Origin: an uncultured Bacilli bacterium
GTDB lineage: Bacteria > Bacillota_I > Bacilli_A > ML615J-28 > CAG-698
Reading direction: 5' to 3'
DNA: 28,837 nucleotides
NCBI GenBank assembly: GCA_947627195.1
Contig: CANQVC010000022.1
Location: 1-28,837, forward strand
The first letter of the stretch is position 1. Every line of letters begins with the position of its first letter. Shown here one piece after another: positions 1 through 8,669 of the stretch. The notes below the pieces were generated by a model. It did no database searches. It was not told the DNA's origin and was given only the letters and a program-made list of their open reading frames with translations. The translations under genes were made by a program, and so were the position numbers.

Positions 1-120
1 CTCCTTTCTTTACATTATTCATTTATAAGCTATAAAAAAATTAAGATAATCACTTTATTCCATAAATAAACTTTTTTCATAATCTTTACCTCCACAGGCA
101 TTTGGTAGTGTCAAAATAGC

Positions 121-150
121 AAAAAACTCCCTTACATCAACAAGAGAGTT
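121..150 (-). terminator. Putative rho-independent terminator downstream of the ThrE-like pair
   Basis: On the minus strand there is an 8-bp stem (ACUCUCUU/AAGGGAGU, one G·U wobble), an 8-nt loop, then UUUUUU. It lies ~200 nt past the stop of 355..816. Confidence 0.35.
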
Positions 151-354
151 ATTATATATGTTATTTTTTGCTCTATCTAAAGTAATATACAAAAACATTG
201 TGAAAATATGCAATTATAAAAGCAAAATTAATTTTTATAAACAACTCAATTGTCTATTTACTTTTATTATACCCTAATATTATTATAGTATATTTTAATG
301 TAAAGTGCAAGTGTTTTATTTGTTTTTTTTATATTTTTAAATAATTTTAAACTT

Positions 355-816
355 TTATTTTGTATTTTCTATTGTTTTCTTTCTTTTTTCAAGAACATGA
401 TTTGATATTTCTTTTTCAATACGAACAAGTGAATCAACAATGAAGATAGCAAGGGCAATTGCTCCAGCAATCATTAACGTACGAACTAACATATCATAGC
501 CTTGTTCACCAGAAATAATAATGGATATTGTACGATAAATATGACTACCTGGAACAAGTGGTAAAATGCCACCAATTAAAAATATTGTAACAGGTGTTTT
601 CATTATTCTTGCTAATATTTGAGCACATATATCGATTACTAGTGATGCAATAAATGTTGCCCAAACAACATCAACTTCATCAACAACTAATAAATAAACT
701 AACCAACCAATTGCTCCTACTAATGATGTAGATAAAATATGTCTTTTAGGAACTTCAAGAATAAAGCAAAATCCAACAACAGCCAAGAACGCACCAAGTG
801 TTTGTAATACCATCAT
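355..816 (-). CDS. Threonine/serine exporter family small subunit (YjjB/DUF3815-like), 4-5 TM
   Basis: 153-aa polytopic membrane protein directly downstream of, and overlapping by 4 nt (ATGA), a DUF1212/ThrE-like gene. This is the canonical YjjP/YjjB pairing. TAA stop. Confidence 0.6.
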   Translation of the reverse strand: MMVLQTLGAFLAVVGFCFILEVPKRHILSTSLVGAIGWLVYLLVVDEVDVVWATFIASLVIDICAQILARIMKTPVTIFLIGGILPLVPGSHIYRTISIIISGEQGYDMLVRTLMIAGAIALAIFIVDSLVRIEKEISNHVLEKRKKTIENTK

Positions 817-1646
817 ATAGCTATACTCCCAAAGACTTGTCCACCAATTATTAAGCCCATACCAACACCTAAAGCAACAGCAGTGGCAATTAATATTGCT
901 TCCATTAATCTAGTACTTCCTGACATATAATCACCATATAAAGTATCTCTAACTGCATTAGTAATAGCAACACCTGGAACAAGAGGCATCATTATACCAA
1001 TGATTGCGGAATCAACATCAATTGATTGACTTATAAATAAACCAAATAATTTTGTAAATGCTATAGCAAAAAAACTAGATATTATCGCACCAACAAATGT
1101 CAACATAAAATCATTATGAATAATTTTAGGTCCATAATAATAAATAGGGGCTAATATCATTCCTGAAAGCATTGATATTACACATTCATAAAATTTACCA
1201 CCAATAAGTAATGTGAAAAAAGTAGTTGCTAATATAATACCAATACTTCTTAACCAAATTGGATATTGAATTAAATTTTTAATTTTAACTAAAGAATGAT
1301 ATGCTTCATCTAATGTAATATTATTAGTACAATATAATCTAGAAACTGTATTAACAGCATCAACTCTATTTAAATTAGTTGATCTACTTGATACTCTTTT
1401 AGTAATCGATAATGCAGTAATATTTTCATCTGATAATGTTAAAGTTAAACCTGTTGGTAAAACAAAAGATTCAGCACAATCAAAATTTGATTTTCTTAAA
1501 ATTCTCCCTGTTGTATCTTCTACTCGATATGTTTCAGCTCCTGATGAAATCATAATTTCACCAGCTAATATAGCTGTATCCATCAATAAACGATATTCTT
1601 TTTCATTCGACATTTTCTTAGATGTTTCATCCATAAAATTCACCAT
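813..1646 (-). CDS. Threonine/serine exporter ThrE family protein (YjjP/DUF1212-like)
   Basis: 277 aa. The N-terminal 'ILAGEIMISSGAETYRVEDT' motif is typical of DUF1212/ThrE, followed by multiple TM helices. Translationally coupled to the DUF3815 partner. Confidence 0.65.
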   Translation of the reverse strand: MVNFMDETSKKMSNEKEYRLLMDTAILAGEIMISSGAETYRVEDTTGRILRKSNFDCAESFVLPTGLTLTLSDENITALSITKRVSSRSTNLNRVDAVNTVSRLYCTNNITLDEAYHSLVKIKNLIQYPIWLRSIGIILATTFFTLLIGGKFYECVISMLSGMILAPIYYYGPKIIHNDFMLTFVGAIISSFFAIAFTKLFGLFISQSIDVDSAIIGIMMPLVPGVAITNAVRDTLYGDYMSGSTRLMEAILIATAVALGVGMGLIIGGQVFGSIAI

Positions 1647-1695
1647 GTATTATTTTATCACAAAATGATTAGAAAATATAGTTTTTTTTACTTTT

Positions 1696-4317
1696 TTATA
1701 AATTATATTTTTTAATTCTATATGTTGATAAATATGATGATATAAAAGACAAAATTAAAATAATTAAATAAATAATTATTATTTTAATAAATGATAATTG
1801 ATAAAAAGGAAATACTAAATTAATATTATTTACTAATATTAATTTTAAAACAGATAAAAATATGAATGTTAAAAGAAGAGAAATTATATACGAAAATGTT
1901 GTTAGTAAAAAACATTGAACAATAAATGTCATTTGAATATAAATTGAAGTTGTTCCCATTGTTTTAAATAATTTAATTGCTTTATTTTTAAATTTAATCA
2001 TAAATGAATAATGCATAAATGTAATAAAAAATAGTACAATTAAAGCAATAATAACAATAATATAAAGATATTTTATTAAATTGTTTTTTGTTGTTTGAAA
2101 TGATAGATATGAATAAACATTTGCATCATTAATTTTATATTTAAATTTATTGATATCTTTTTCATTTTTCACAAGTAATTCTTCATTATCTAATATTTTT
2201 TCATTTAATGATATTATATCCATATCTTTATCACTATTTGATAATAAAACAATATAATTATTATATGTTTTAAATGATAAACCAAATAAATCATATAATT
2301 GATTAAATATTGATGAATTTATATATAAATCATCTATTGTTGGTGAATAATAATAACCAATGATAGTTACATCGATTGTTGAATATTCTTCATCATATTT
2401 ATTAATTTTATATTTTAATGGTATATCAATTTTAAAAAATTCTTCATAAAAATTACTAACAATATTTTTGTAAGAATGTTCTTCATCATATTCATTTATT
2501 TCATTTGTTAAAATATATGTATAATAATCTTTATAATTAAAAAAATCAGTTGCTACTTTATCATAATTTTCTTTCGCAAATTCTAATATTTCATTATTAA
2601 TTTTATCATCAATAAATCGTTTAGTAGATGAATTAATGGGAATTATAATACCATTTTTATAATTCATATTACGAAAATAGACTGTATCATCAGGGCTATT
2701 TATACTTGCTTGAATGTTATTTTTATTTAAAATTAGTCCATCATGAATTTTTAAACTAAATTCTCCATCAATTATGCGATATGAATTTTTCATTTTTTCT
2801 TTATAAAAATTCTTTTTTAAATATATTACATTATGTATTCCCTTATTAAATTCATCTTGAAATTCCTTAAATAATCTATTATTAGAATTATAGAACATTT
2901 TTTCATATGTTAATGTTTGATATCTATCAATATTAAGTTTTGTATCTATTATTCCAACAATACGTAAAGGAAATTGTTCACCTTTTTCTTCAAAATATAA
3001 TGTTTTACCTATTATATCATCATATGTCTTAATTTCATATTGTTTTGATTCATACATATAATTTCTTTTTTGATATTGAATAAATTGATATTTGGTAATA
3101 ACTACTTCATCATATGATATAGGAGCACTTCCATAAAGTTCAAAATTACAATTAGAAATTAAATTAGGATCATATTCTATAAATCCTCTATTAATTTCAT
3201 CATAAAATATTGAACCTAAATTTTTCATATAATCATTTTTAAAAAAATAATCTTCTATATCATTATCTCCTAAATTAGGATATGTATTAACAAAATAATT
3301 ATATACAGGAAAGCCTTGGGAACCAAATAAATTATCAATGAATTTGGCATCATTTTCACCCATTCCATAATTTTTATTTGATATAACATCATCTTGTATA
3401 TATTTCTTTTCAAAACTTACATATTGAATATTATTTTCATATAATCCTTTTAATAACATCTTTGTTTCATCTATATATAATACTGATATCGAAAATAACA
3501 TTAATATAAATGTTATTATTAATCCTAATCCTAAAAATATTAATCTCTTTAGTTTTACTTTTGTCCATCCTTTTAATATCTTGATGAAACTTTTTACTTT
3601 TATCTTTCCTTCTTCTTCTTCTTTTTCTTCTTTTCTTTCTTTTTCTTCTTTTATTATTTTATCTTCTTTTATCTTTCCTTCTTCTATTTCTATCTTTCTA
3701 TCTATATATTCTTCTATCTCTTCTATTTGATGACTTACTATTATTACTAATCTTTCTTTACTTATTTCTTTTAATTTCTCTATTACTTTCTTTGATGTCT
3801 TTTTATCTAATGCTCCAGTTACTTCATCACATAATATTATATTTGGCTCTTTTAATATTACTTCTGCTAATGCTACTCTTTGTTGCTGTCCTCCTGATAA
3901 TTCATTTATCTTTCTTCTTTCTATATCTTCTATCTCTAATTCTTTTAATACTTCTTTTATTTCTTCTTCTTTTCTCTCTTTCCTACTTATCTCTAAATAT
4001 ATTTCTATATTCTCTTTGACGTTTAATTCTTCTATTAAATTATATTTCTGATATACTATCCCTATCTCTTTTCTTCGATATTCACTTAACTCTTTCTCTT
4101 TTAATTTATTTATCTCTTTTCCATTTACTTTTATTTCTCCACTATCTATTCTTTCTATTCCACCTATTAAGTTTAATAATGTTGTCTTTCCACTTCCTGA
4201 TCTTCCTACTATTGCTACCATCCCTCTATCTGGTAACTTTATATTTATTTCTTTTATTGCTTCTACTTTTTCTTTCTTTGTTTGATATGTCTTTCTTACT
4301 TCTTTTAGTTCTATCAT
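1696..4317 (-). CDS. MacB-type (type VII) ABC transporter, fused ATP-binding domain + large ectodomain + FtsX permease (paralog 1)
   Basis: Walker A GRSGSGKTT, signature LSGGQQQR, Walker B ILCDE, E/K-rich linker, TM1. The ~500-aa ectodomain has the MacB periplasmic-core motif (IVGIIDT). C-terminal FtsX-like TM bundle. RBS GAGGTG before the ATG. Confidence 0.8.
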   Translation of the reverse strand: MIELKEVRKTYQTKKEKVEAIKEINIKLPDRGMVAIVGRSGSGKTTLLNLIGGIERIDSGEIKVNGKEINKLKEKELSEYRRKEIGIVYQKYNLIEELNVKENIEIYLEISRKERKEEEIKEVLKELEIEDIERRKINELSGGQQQRVALAEVILKEPNIILCDEVTGALDKKTSKKVIEKLKEISKERLVIIVSHQIEEIEEYIDRKIEIEEGKIKEDKIIKEEKERKEEKEEEEGKIKVKSFIKILKGWTKVKLKRLIFLGLGLIITFILMLFSISVLYIDETKMLLKGLYENNIQYVSFEKKYIQDDVISNKNYGMGENDAKFIDNLFGSQGFPVYNYFVNTYPNLGDNDIEDYFFKNDYMKNLGSIFYDEINRGFIEYDPNLISNCNFELYGSAPISYDEVVITKYQFIQYQKRNYMYESKQYEIKTYDDIIGKTLYFEEKGEQFPLRIVGIIDTKLNIDRYQTLTYEKMFYNSNNRLFKEFQDEFNKGIHNVIYLKKNFYKEKMKNSYRIIDGEFSLKIHDGLILNKNNIQASINSPDDTVYFRNMNYKNGIIIPINSSTKRFIDDKINNEILEFAKENYDKVATDFFNYKDYYTYILTNEINEYDEEHSYKNIVSNFYEEFFKIDIPLKYKINKYDEEYSTIDVTIIGYYYSPTIDDLYINSSIFNQLYDLFGLSFKTYNNYIVLLSNSDKDMDIISLNEKILDNEELLVKNEKDINKFKYKINDANVYSYLSFQTTKNNLIKYLYIIVIIALIVLFFITFMHYSFMIKFKNKAIKLFKTMGTTSIYIQMTFIVQCFLLTTFSYIISLLLTFIFLSVLKLILVNNINLVFPFYQLSFIKIIIIYLIILILSFISSYLSTYRIKKYNL

Positions 4318-4406
4318 GTTATCACCTCACTTAATAATAGGTATTTACATTTATTATTATTATTCAATTTCACATTTTACTATACGATATATATATCTTT
4401 ACTATA

Positions 4407-4435
4407 ATTATATCAATCATTTCAATGCTTGTCAA
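4407..4435 (-). promoter_or_regulatory. Sigma-70 consensus promoter (-35 TTGACA, 17-nt spacer, -10 TATAAT) for the 1696..4317 ABC gene
   Basis: Minus-strand reading: TTGACA(4435..4430), a 17-nt spacer (agcattgaaatgattga), then TATAAT(4412..4407). It sits ~85 nt upstream of the ATG at 4317. Confidence 0.45.
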
Positions 4436-4517
4436 GACATTTAGCTTTATTTGCTAATTATTAATTAATATAAAAATAAAGGAATTATAGTAATAAACTA
4501 AAATTCCTAATTAAATT

Positions 4518-5678
4518 TTATTTAGAAACAATAAATAATTCTTTTAATATTTCTAAAAATACATCTAAAAATTTTGCTTTCTTTATTTTTAAATTAGTTA
4601 TTAAAGGTACTGTTTGATACAAATTACCATTAACATACACTTCTAATATACCTACCTTATCTGATGTTATTTTATCTTCTAAAATTATTTTAGTTGTTAT
4701 ATTGTTATTATCTTCATGATTTCTTTTTAATATCTTAATGTCTTTTGCAAGAACAATATCATAATGATTTGGACTTGTCATTAAATCTTCTTTTGAGGTA
4801 ACAATTGTACCCTTTTTAAGATATGTATCAACTGTATAATTATTTATTCCATAATTTAGCATTGATGTTATATCTTTTGTTCTTTGATCTACATTTTCAC
4901 AACCCATTGCCACAGCTATAAATCTATTATCATTTCTCTTAATTGTACATGTTAAACAATAACCAGCTTTTTGTGTCCATCCTGTCTTTAATCCATCAAC
5001 ACCTTCCATGAATTTAACAAGTTTATTAGTATTAACAAGCCAAAATCTTTTTAATGTATCTTCTCTAACATAATCTTCATAACGTGATGTATAATCTAAT
5101 ATTTTAGGATGTTCTTCAATTAATGTTGAGGCAATTATAGCCATGTCATAACTACATGAATAATGATCATTATCATCAAATCCATATGGATTAACAAAAT
5201 GTGTATTAACTAAATTTAATTCTTTAACTTTGTCATTCATCATTTTCACAAATACTTCTTCTGATCCACCAATATAAATAGCAAGGGTTAATGCTGCATC
5301 ATTTGCTGAAGAAATAGCCATTGATTTCAAAAGATCTTCAACGCTCATTTCTTCTCCTTCACTTAAATATATTTGACTTCCTCCTAATTCTGCTGCTTCT
5401 TTAGGTGTTTGTACCATGTCATTTAAATGAATAATTCCTGAATCTATTTTTTCCATTGTTATTAACATTGTCATAATTTTTGTCATACTAGCTGGTGATA
5501 ATTTTTCTTCTGATGCTTTTTCATAAATAACTTGTTTTGTTGATGATTCAATTAAAATAGCACTTTTACTATACTGTGTTAATGGAATTGTTTCTAAACT
5601 TTCAATTGCTTTAATATTAGGTTGTAAGCAAATAAAACAAATAATAATAATTAATAATAAAATTAACTTTTTCTTCAT
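4518..5678 (-). CDS. Serine-type D-Ala-D-Ala carboxypeptidase (PBP5/DacA-DacF family) with signal peptide
   Basis: Signal peptide MKKKLILLLIIIICFICL. All three PBP active-site motifs are present: SxxK (SPASMTK), SxN (SSAND) and KTG (LKTGWT). RBS GAGGTGAAG before the ATG. Confidence 0.8.
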   Translation of the reverse strand: MKKKLILLLIIIICFICLQPNIKAIESLETIPLTQYSKSAILIESSTKQVIYEKASEEKLSPASMTKIMTMLITMEKIDSGIIHLNDMVQTPKEAAELGGSQIYLSEGEEMSVEDLLKSMAISSANDAALTLAIYIGGSEEVFVKMMNDKVKELNLVNTHFVNPYGFDDNDHYSCSYDMAIIASTLIEEHPKILDYTSRYEDYVREDTLKRFWLVNTNKLVKFMEGVDGLKTGWTQKAGYCLTCTIKRNDNRFIAVAMGCENVDQRTKDITSMLNYGINNYTVDTYLKKGTIVTSKEDLMTSPNHYDIVLAKDIKILKRNHEDNNNITTKIILEDKITSDKVGILEVYVNGNLYQTVPLITNLKIKKAKFLDVFLEILKELFIVSK

Positions 5679-5732
5679 TCTTCACCTCATATAATAAATA
5701 CACTACAATTTATGCAAAAATATAAATAATAG

Positions 5733-5769
5733 TACAAAAAATCCTCCTAATATATATTAGAAGGATAAT
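5733..5769 (-). terminator. Rho-independent terminator after the 5775..8669 ABC gene
   Basis: Minus-strand hairpin UAUCCUUCUAAUA / UAUUAGGAGGAUU (~12 bp, one mismatch) followed by UUUUUUG. It starts ~6 nt past the TAA stop. Confidence 0.45.
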
Positions 5770-5774
5770 TTATT

Positions 5775-8669
5775 TTAAATATCATATTTACTTAATATTT
5801 CACTTGGTGTTTTACGTAATAATGATAATATTGGAATCATTCCAAAGGTAATAGATATAAAATATAATAAAAATAATACAATTAATGATAACCATATTGG
5901 ATAATAAACAATAGTAGTTATGGCATTTAAACTAATATAACTATATCTTAATATTATTGTCATAATTAGCCATCCAATAAAAACACTACAAGTTGTTAAT
6001 ACAATATTATCAATTAAAAATTTGAATTTTAAATTCTTTTTAGTAACACCAATTGCTCGATACATTCCTACTTCTTTAATTTTACTCATTAATGATGAAT
6101 GCATAATGAAGTACATACAAATAGCCATCACAACATACATTATAATTAATATGATAAAATTACCAAGAATATCTTGAATTCGATCAATAATTAAAGAATT
6201 AAAAATATCTTTAGGAGTTGAATATTCTATATAATTCATATCAACATTTAAATTATTTTGCAAATATTGTGTTGTTTTATCAGGGTCTGTTGAATGTAAA
6301 GTGATATAACCATTAGTCATAGAATAATCAGTATCACTATCATATCTAAATATGAATAAATTACTAGTTTTTCCATAATTTTTAGAAATATTAATATAAT
6401 CTTCATCACTAACAACAATACAATAAGTATTAGGTGTATGATTATATGTGATAGCATTCATTTCATAATAATAAAAATTATATACATCATTATATAAAGA
6501 ACTTATTGATATTTTATAATCGACTTGAAGATCAACTGGATATGAACCATGTTCTTTCTTATAACAATATGAAACATAATAATCTAAAATATCTTTAAAT
6601 TTATTATCAAGAAATATGGCATAAAATTTGCCAACTTCATATCCTTTTCCAAAATATAATATACTAGCATATGTTTGATCACATAACATTGGTGAATTAA
6701 AAAATTGTTTAAAATATTCATCAAATTTATCATAATAATAATCATAATAATCAAAATGATGATATGAACAATATTTACCAAAATCAATAGATTCTTTAGA
6801 AATATCATATTGTTCTTTAAGATAATCACTTTCTTCTTTTTTAACAATATTATTTTTTTGTAAATATTCGTTATAATTATTATAAATAATTATTTTGTTT
6901 TTTAAATTCATTTCAACGTTCGATAACATTACATTATCATTAATTTTATCAGCATATGTTAAACCATTGGAAGAAAAGTAGGCAATTGCTTCACCTTCAT
7001 TTAATTCTATATTAAAATCAGATGCACGATAAACATAATTTAAACCTGTTTTTGTCAAATTATATTTTGCTAATGATGATGTTGGTTGATAAAATGCAGG
7101 TTCATCACTAGCAACAACAGCAGCAATTTCTAAATTCTTGCCATCAATAATATTTCTCGCTTCTTTTAAGCCTACTAAATCACGATATTCTTCTATAAAT
7201 GGTACATGACCATTTTTAATTAATATATCAGCTGATCTTTGGGATATAACAATTTGATAATCTTTTAAATCATCTATTTGTCCAGCTAATATTTTATTAT
7301 TTTTAACTAAATTTAAATCCAAAAATACTCCATGAGTTTCAATTTGAGTTGATGAATATGTTTCATAAAAATCAGTTACAAAACTTAAATAAGTATCACC
7401 ATATGGTTCTATATTACTAACCCAATAATCATCAATGCCAGAATTAGCATCATTTATTAAATCATCAAGATGATTGGATAAACTATCATTATAAACATTA
7501 AGATAAAATACATTATGATTATATTGTTTAGATGCTGTTTGTAAATCAGAAAAACCAATTGAAAACCAAGCTGTTAATAAAACAATTGTTATAGCAAATA
7601 AACATAAAGCAATTGTAAGAATTCTCCTTGACTTCTTTTTATTAAAAAATAATTCTTTTAAAGATTGAATTACAACATTTTTGAAATGAAATAATTTTCC
7701 GTATGATTGACCATTTATTTCAGGTAAATTTTCCATTGAATTATTATTAGTTGATTCAATTTGATTTGAAAAACTTTCATCTAGTAATTTTGTTTCACTA
7801 GTATCATCTATAATGGAAACTCTATTATCTTTTAATTCTAAATATAATTTGCCTTGATGAGATACAAGCCTTAGATGAACTGGTTCATCAATTTCATTAC
7901 CAAAATATTCAACTTTTAAATGATTTGTATTTTCTTCTTGTTTTGGCAAATCGCCTAAATAAATATCATGTTTACTTTTTGTTGAATAACGATTTTTAGG
8001 TGCATTATCTTTTGTTTGAATAATTTTTCCATCACTTATTTCTATTACTTGATCACAGAAATGATCAACTAAATTAGCTTCATGAGTAACTAATAATACT
8101 AAATGATTTTTAGATATTTCTTTTAACATATTCATAATCATCAAAGTATTAGTTTCATCTAAATTTCCTGTTGGTTCATCAGCTAAGATAATACTAGGGT
8201 TTTTCACAATAGCTCTGGCAATCGCAATTCTTTGTTGTTGTCCTCCTGATAATGTATCAGGCAAACGATTTTTAAAATGTTCCATTCCAACATTTTTTAA
8301 GGCAATTGTTACACTTTTATCAATTTCTTCATTATCAGTAACACCACATAATCTTAATGAATCAGCAACATTATCAAAGCAATTAACATTTTTATTTAAA
8401 TTGTAATTTTGAAAAATATAACCTATATAACGATTACGAATATAATCTTTGTCTGATTTGATATTTTGTCCATGAATGTAAAGTTCACCACTATAGAATG
8501 TATCTAATCCACCAATAACATTTAATAATGTCGTTTTTCCACAGCCACTTTTACCAAAAATAGCAACCATACCAACATCAGGTAAATCTAATGTTACATC
8601 ATTTATTACATGGATTTCATTATTTTTACCTTTATTAAAAAACTTTTGAACATTTTTTAATTGAATCAT
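5775..8669 (-). CDS. MacB-type fused ABC ATPase / FtsX permease with ~600-aa ectodomain
   Basis: Walker A GKSGCGKTT, LSGGQQQR, Walker B ILADE, TM1. Large Y/N/D-rich ectodomain, then C-terminal FtsX TM helices. 4-nt ATGA overlap with the upstream 8666..10936 gene. Confidence 0.8.
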   Translation of the reverse strand: MIQLKNVQKFFNKGKNNEIHVINDVTLDLPDVGMVAIFGKSGCGKTTLLNVIGGLDTFYSGELYIHGQNIKSDKDYIRNRYIGYIFQNYNLNKNVNCFDNVADSLRLCGVTDNEEIDKSVTIALKNVGMEHFKNRLPDTLSGGQQQRIAIARAIVKNPSIILADEPTGNLDETNTLMIMNMLKEISKNHLVLLVTHEANLVDHFCDQVIEISDGKIIQTKDNAPKNRYSTKSKHDIYLGDLPKQEENTNHLKVEYFGNEIDEPVHLRLVSHQGKLYLELKDNRVSIIDDTSETKLLDESFSNQIESTNNNSMENLPEINGQSYGKLFHFKNVVIQSLKELFFNKKKSRRILTIALCLFAITIVLLTAWFSIGFSDLQTASKQYNHNVFYLNVYNDSLSNHLDDLINDANSGIDDYWVSNIEPYGDTYLSFVTDFYETYSSTQIETHGVFLDLNLVKNNKILAGQIDDLKDYQIVISQRSADILIKNGHVPFIEEYRDLVGLKEARNIIDGKNLEIAAVVASDEPAFYQPTSSLAKYNLTKTGLNYVYRASDFNIELNEGEAIAYFSSNGLTYADKINDNVMLSNVEMNLKNKIIIYNNYNEYLQKNNIVKKEESDYLKEQYDISKESIDFGKYCSYHHFDYYDYYYDKFDEYFKQFFNSPMLCDQTYASILYFGKGYEVGKFYAIFLDNKFKDILDYYVSYCYKKEHGSYPVDLQVDYKISISSLYNDVYNFYYYEMNAITYNHTPNTYCIVVSDEDYINISKNYGKTSNLFIFRYDSDTDYSMTNGYITLHSTDPDKTTQYLQNNLNVDMNYIEYSTPKDIFNSLIIDRIQDILGNFIILIIMYVVMAICMYFIMHSSLMSKIKEVGMYRAIGVTKKNLKFKFLIDNIVLTTCSVFIGWLIMTIILRYSYISLNAITTIVYYPIWLSLIVLFLLYFISITFGMIPILSLLRKTPSEILSKYDI

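Noticed and set aside
3792-4019. Plus-strand Leu-rich ORFs (3792..4019, 13875..14297, 16598..17020)
   Set aside because: They are antisense to the purine-rich ATPase modules of the minus-strand ABC genes. Their low-complexity Leu/Phe composition comes from the CT-rich strand. They have no RBS or start context.
6584-6847. Nested minus-strand ORFs 6584..6847, 9361..9582 and 11924..12136
   Set aside because: They are alternative-frame ORFs wholly inside the long ABC genes. They have AT-rich low-complexity translations and no independent signals.
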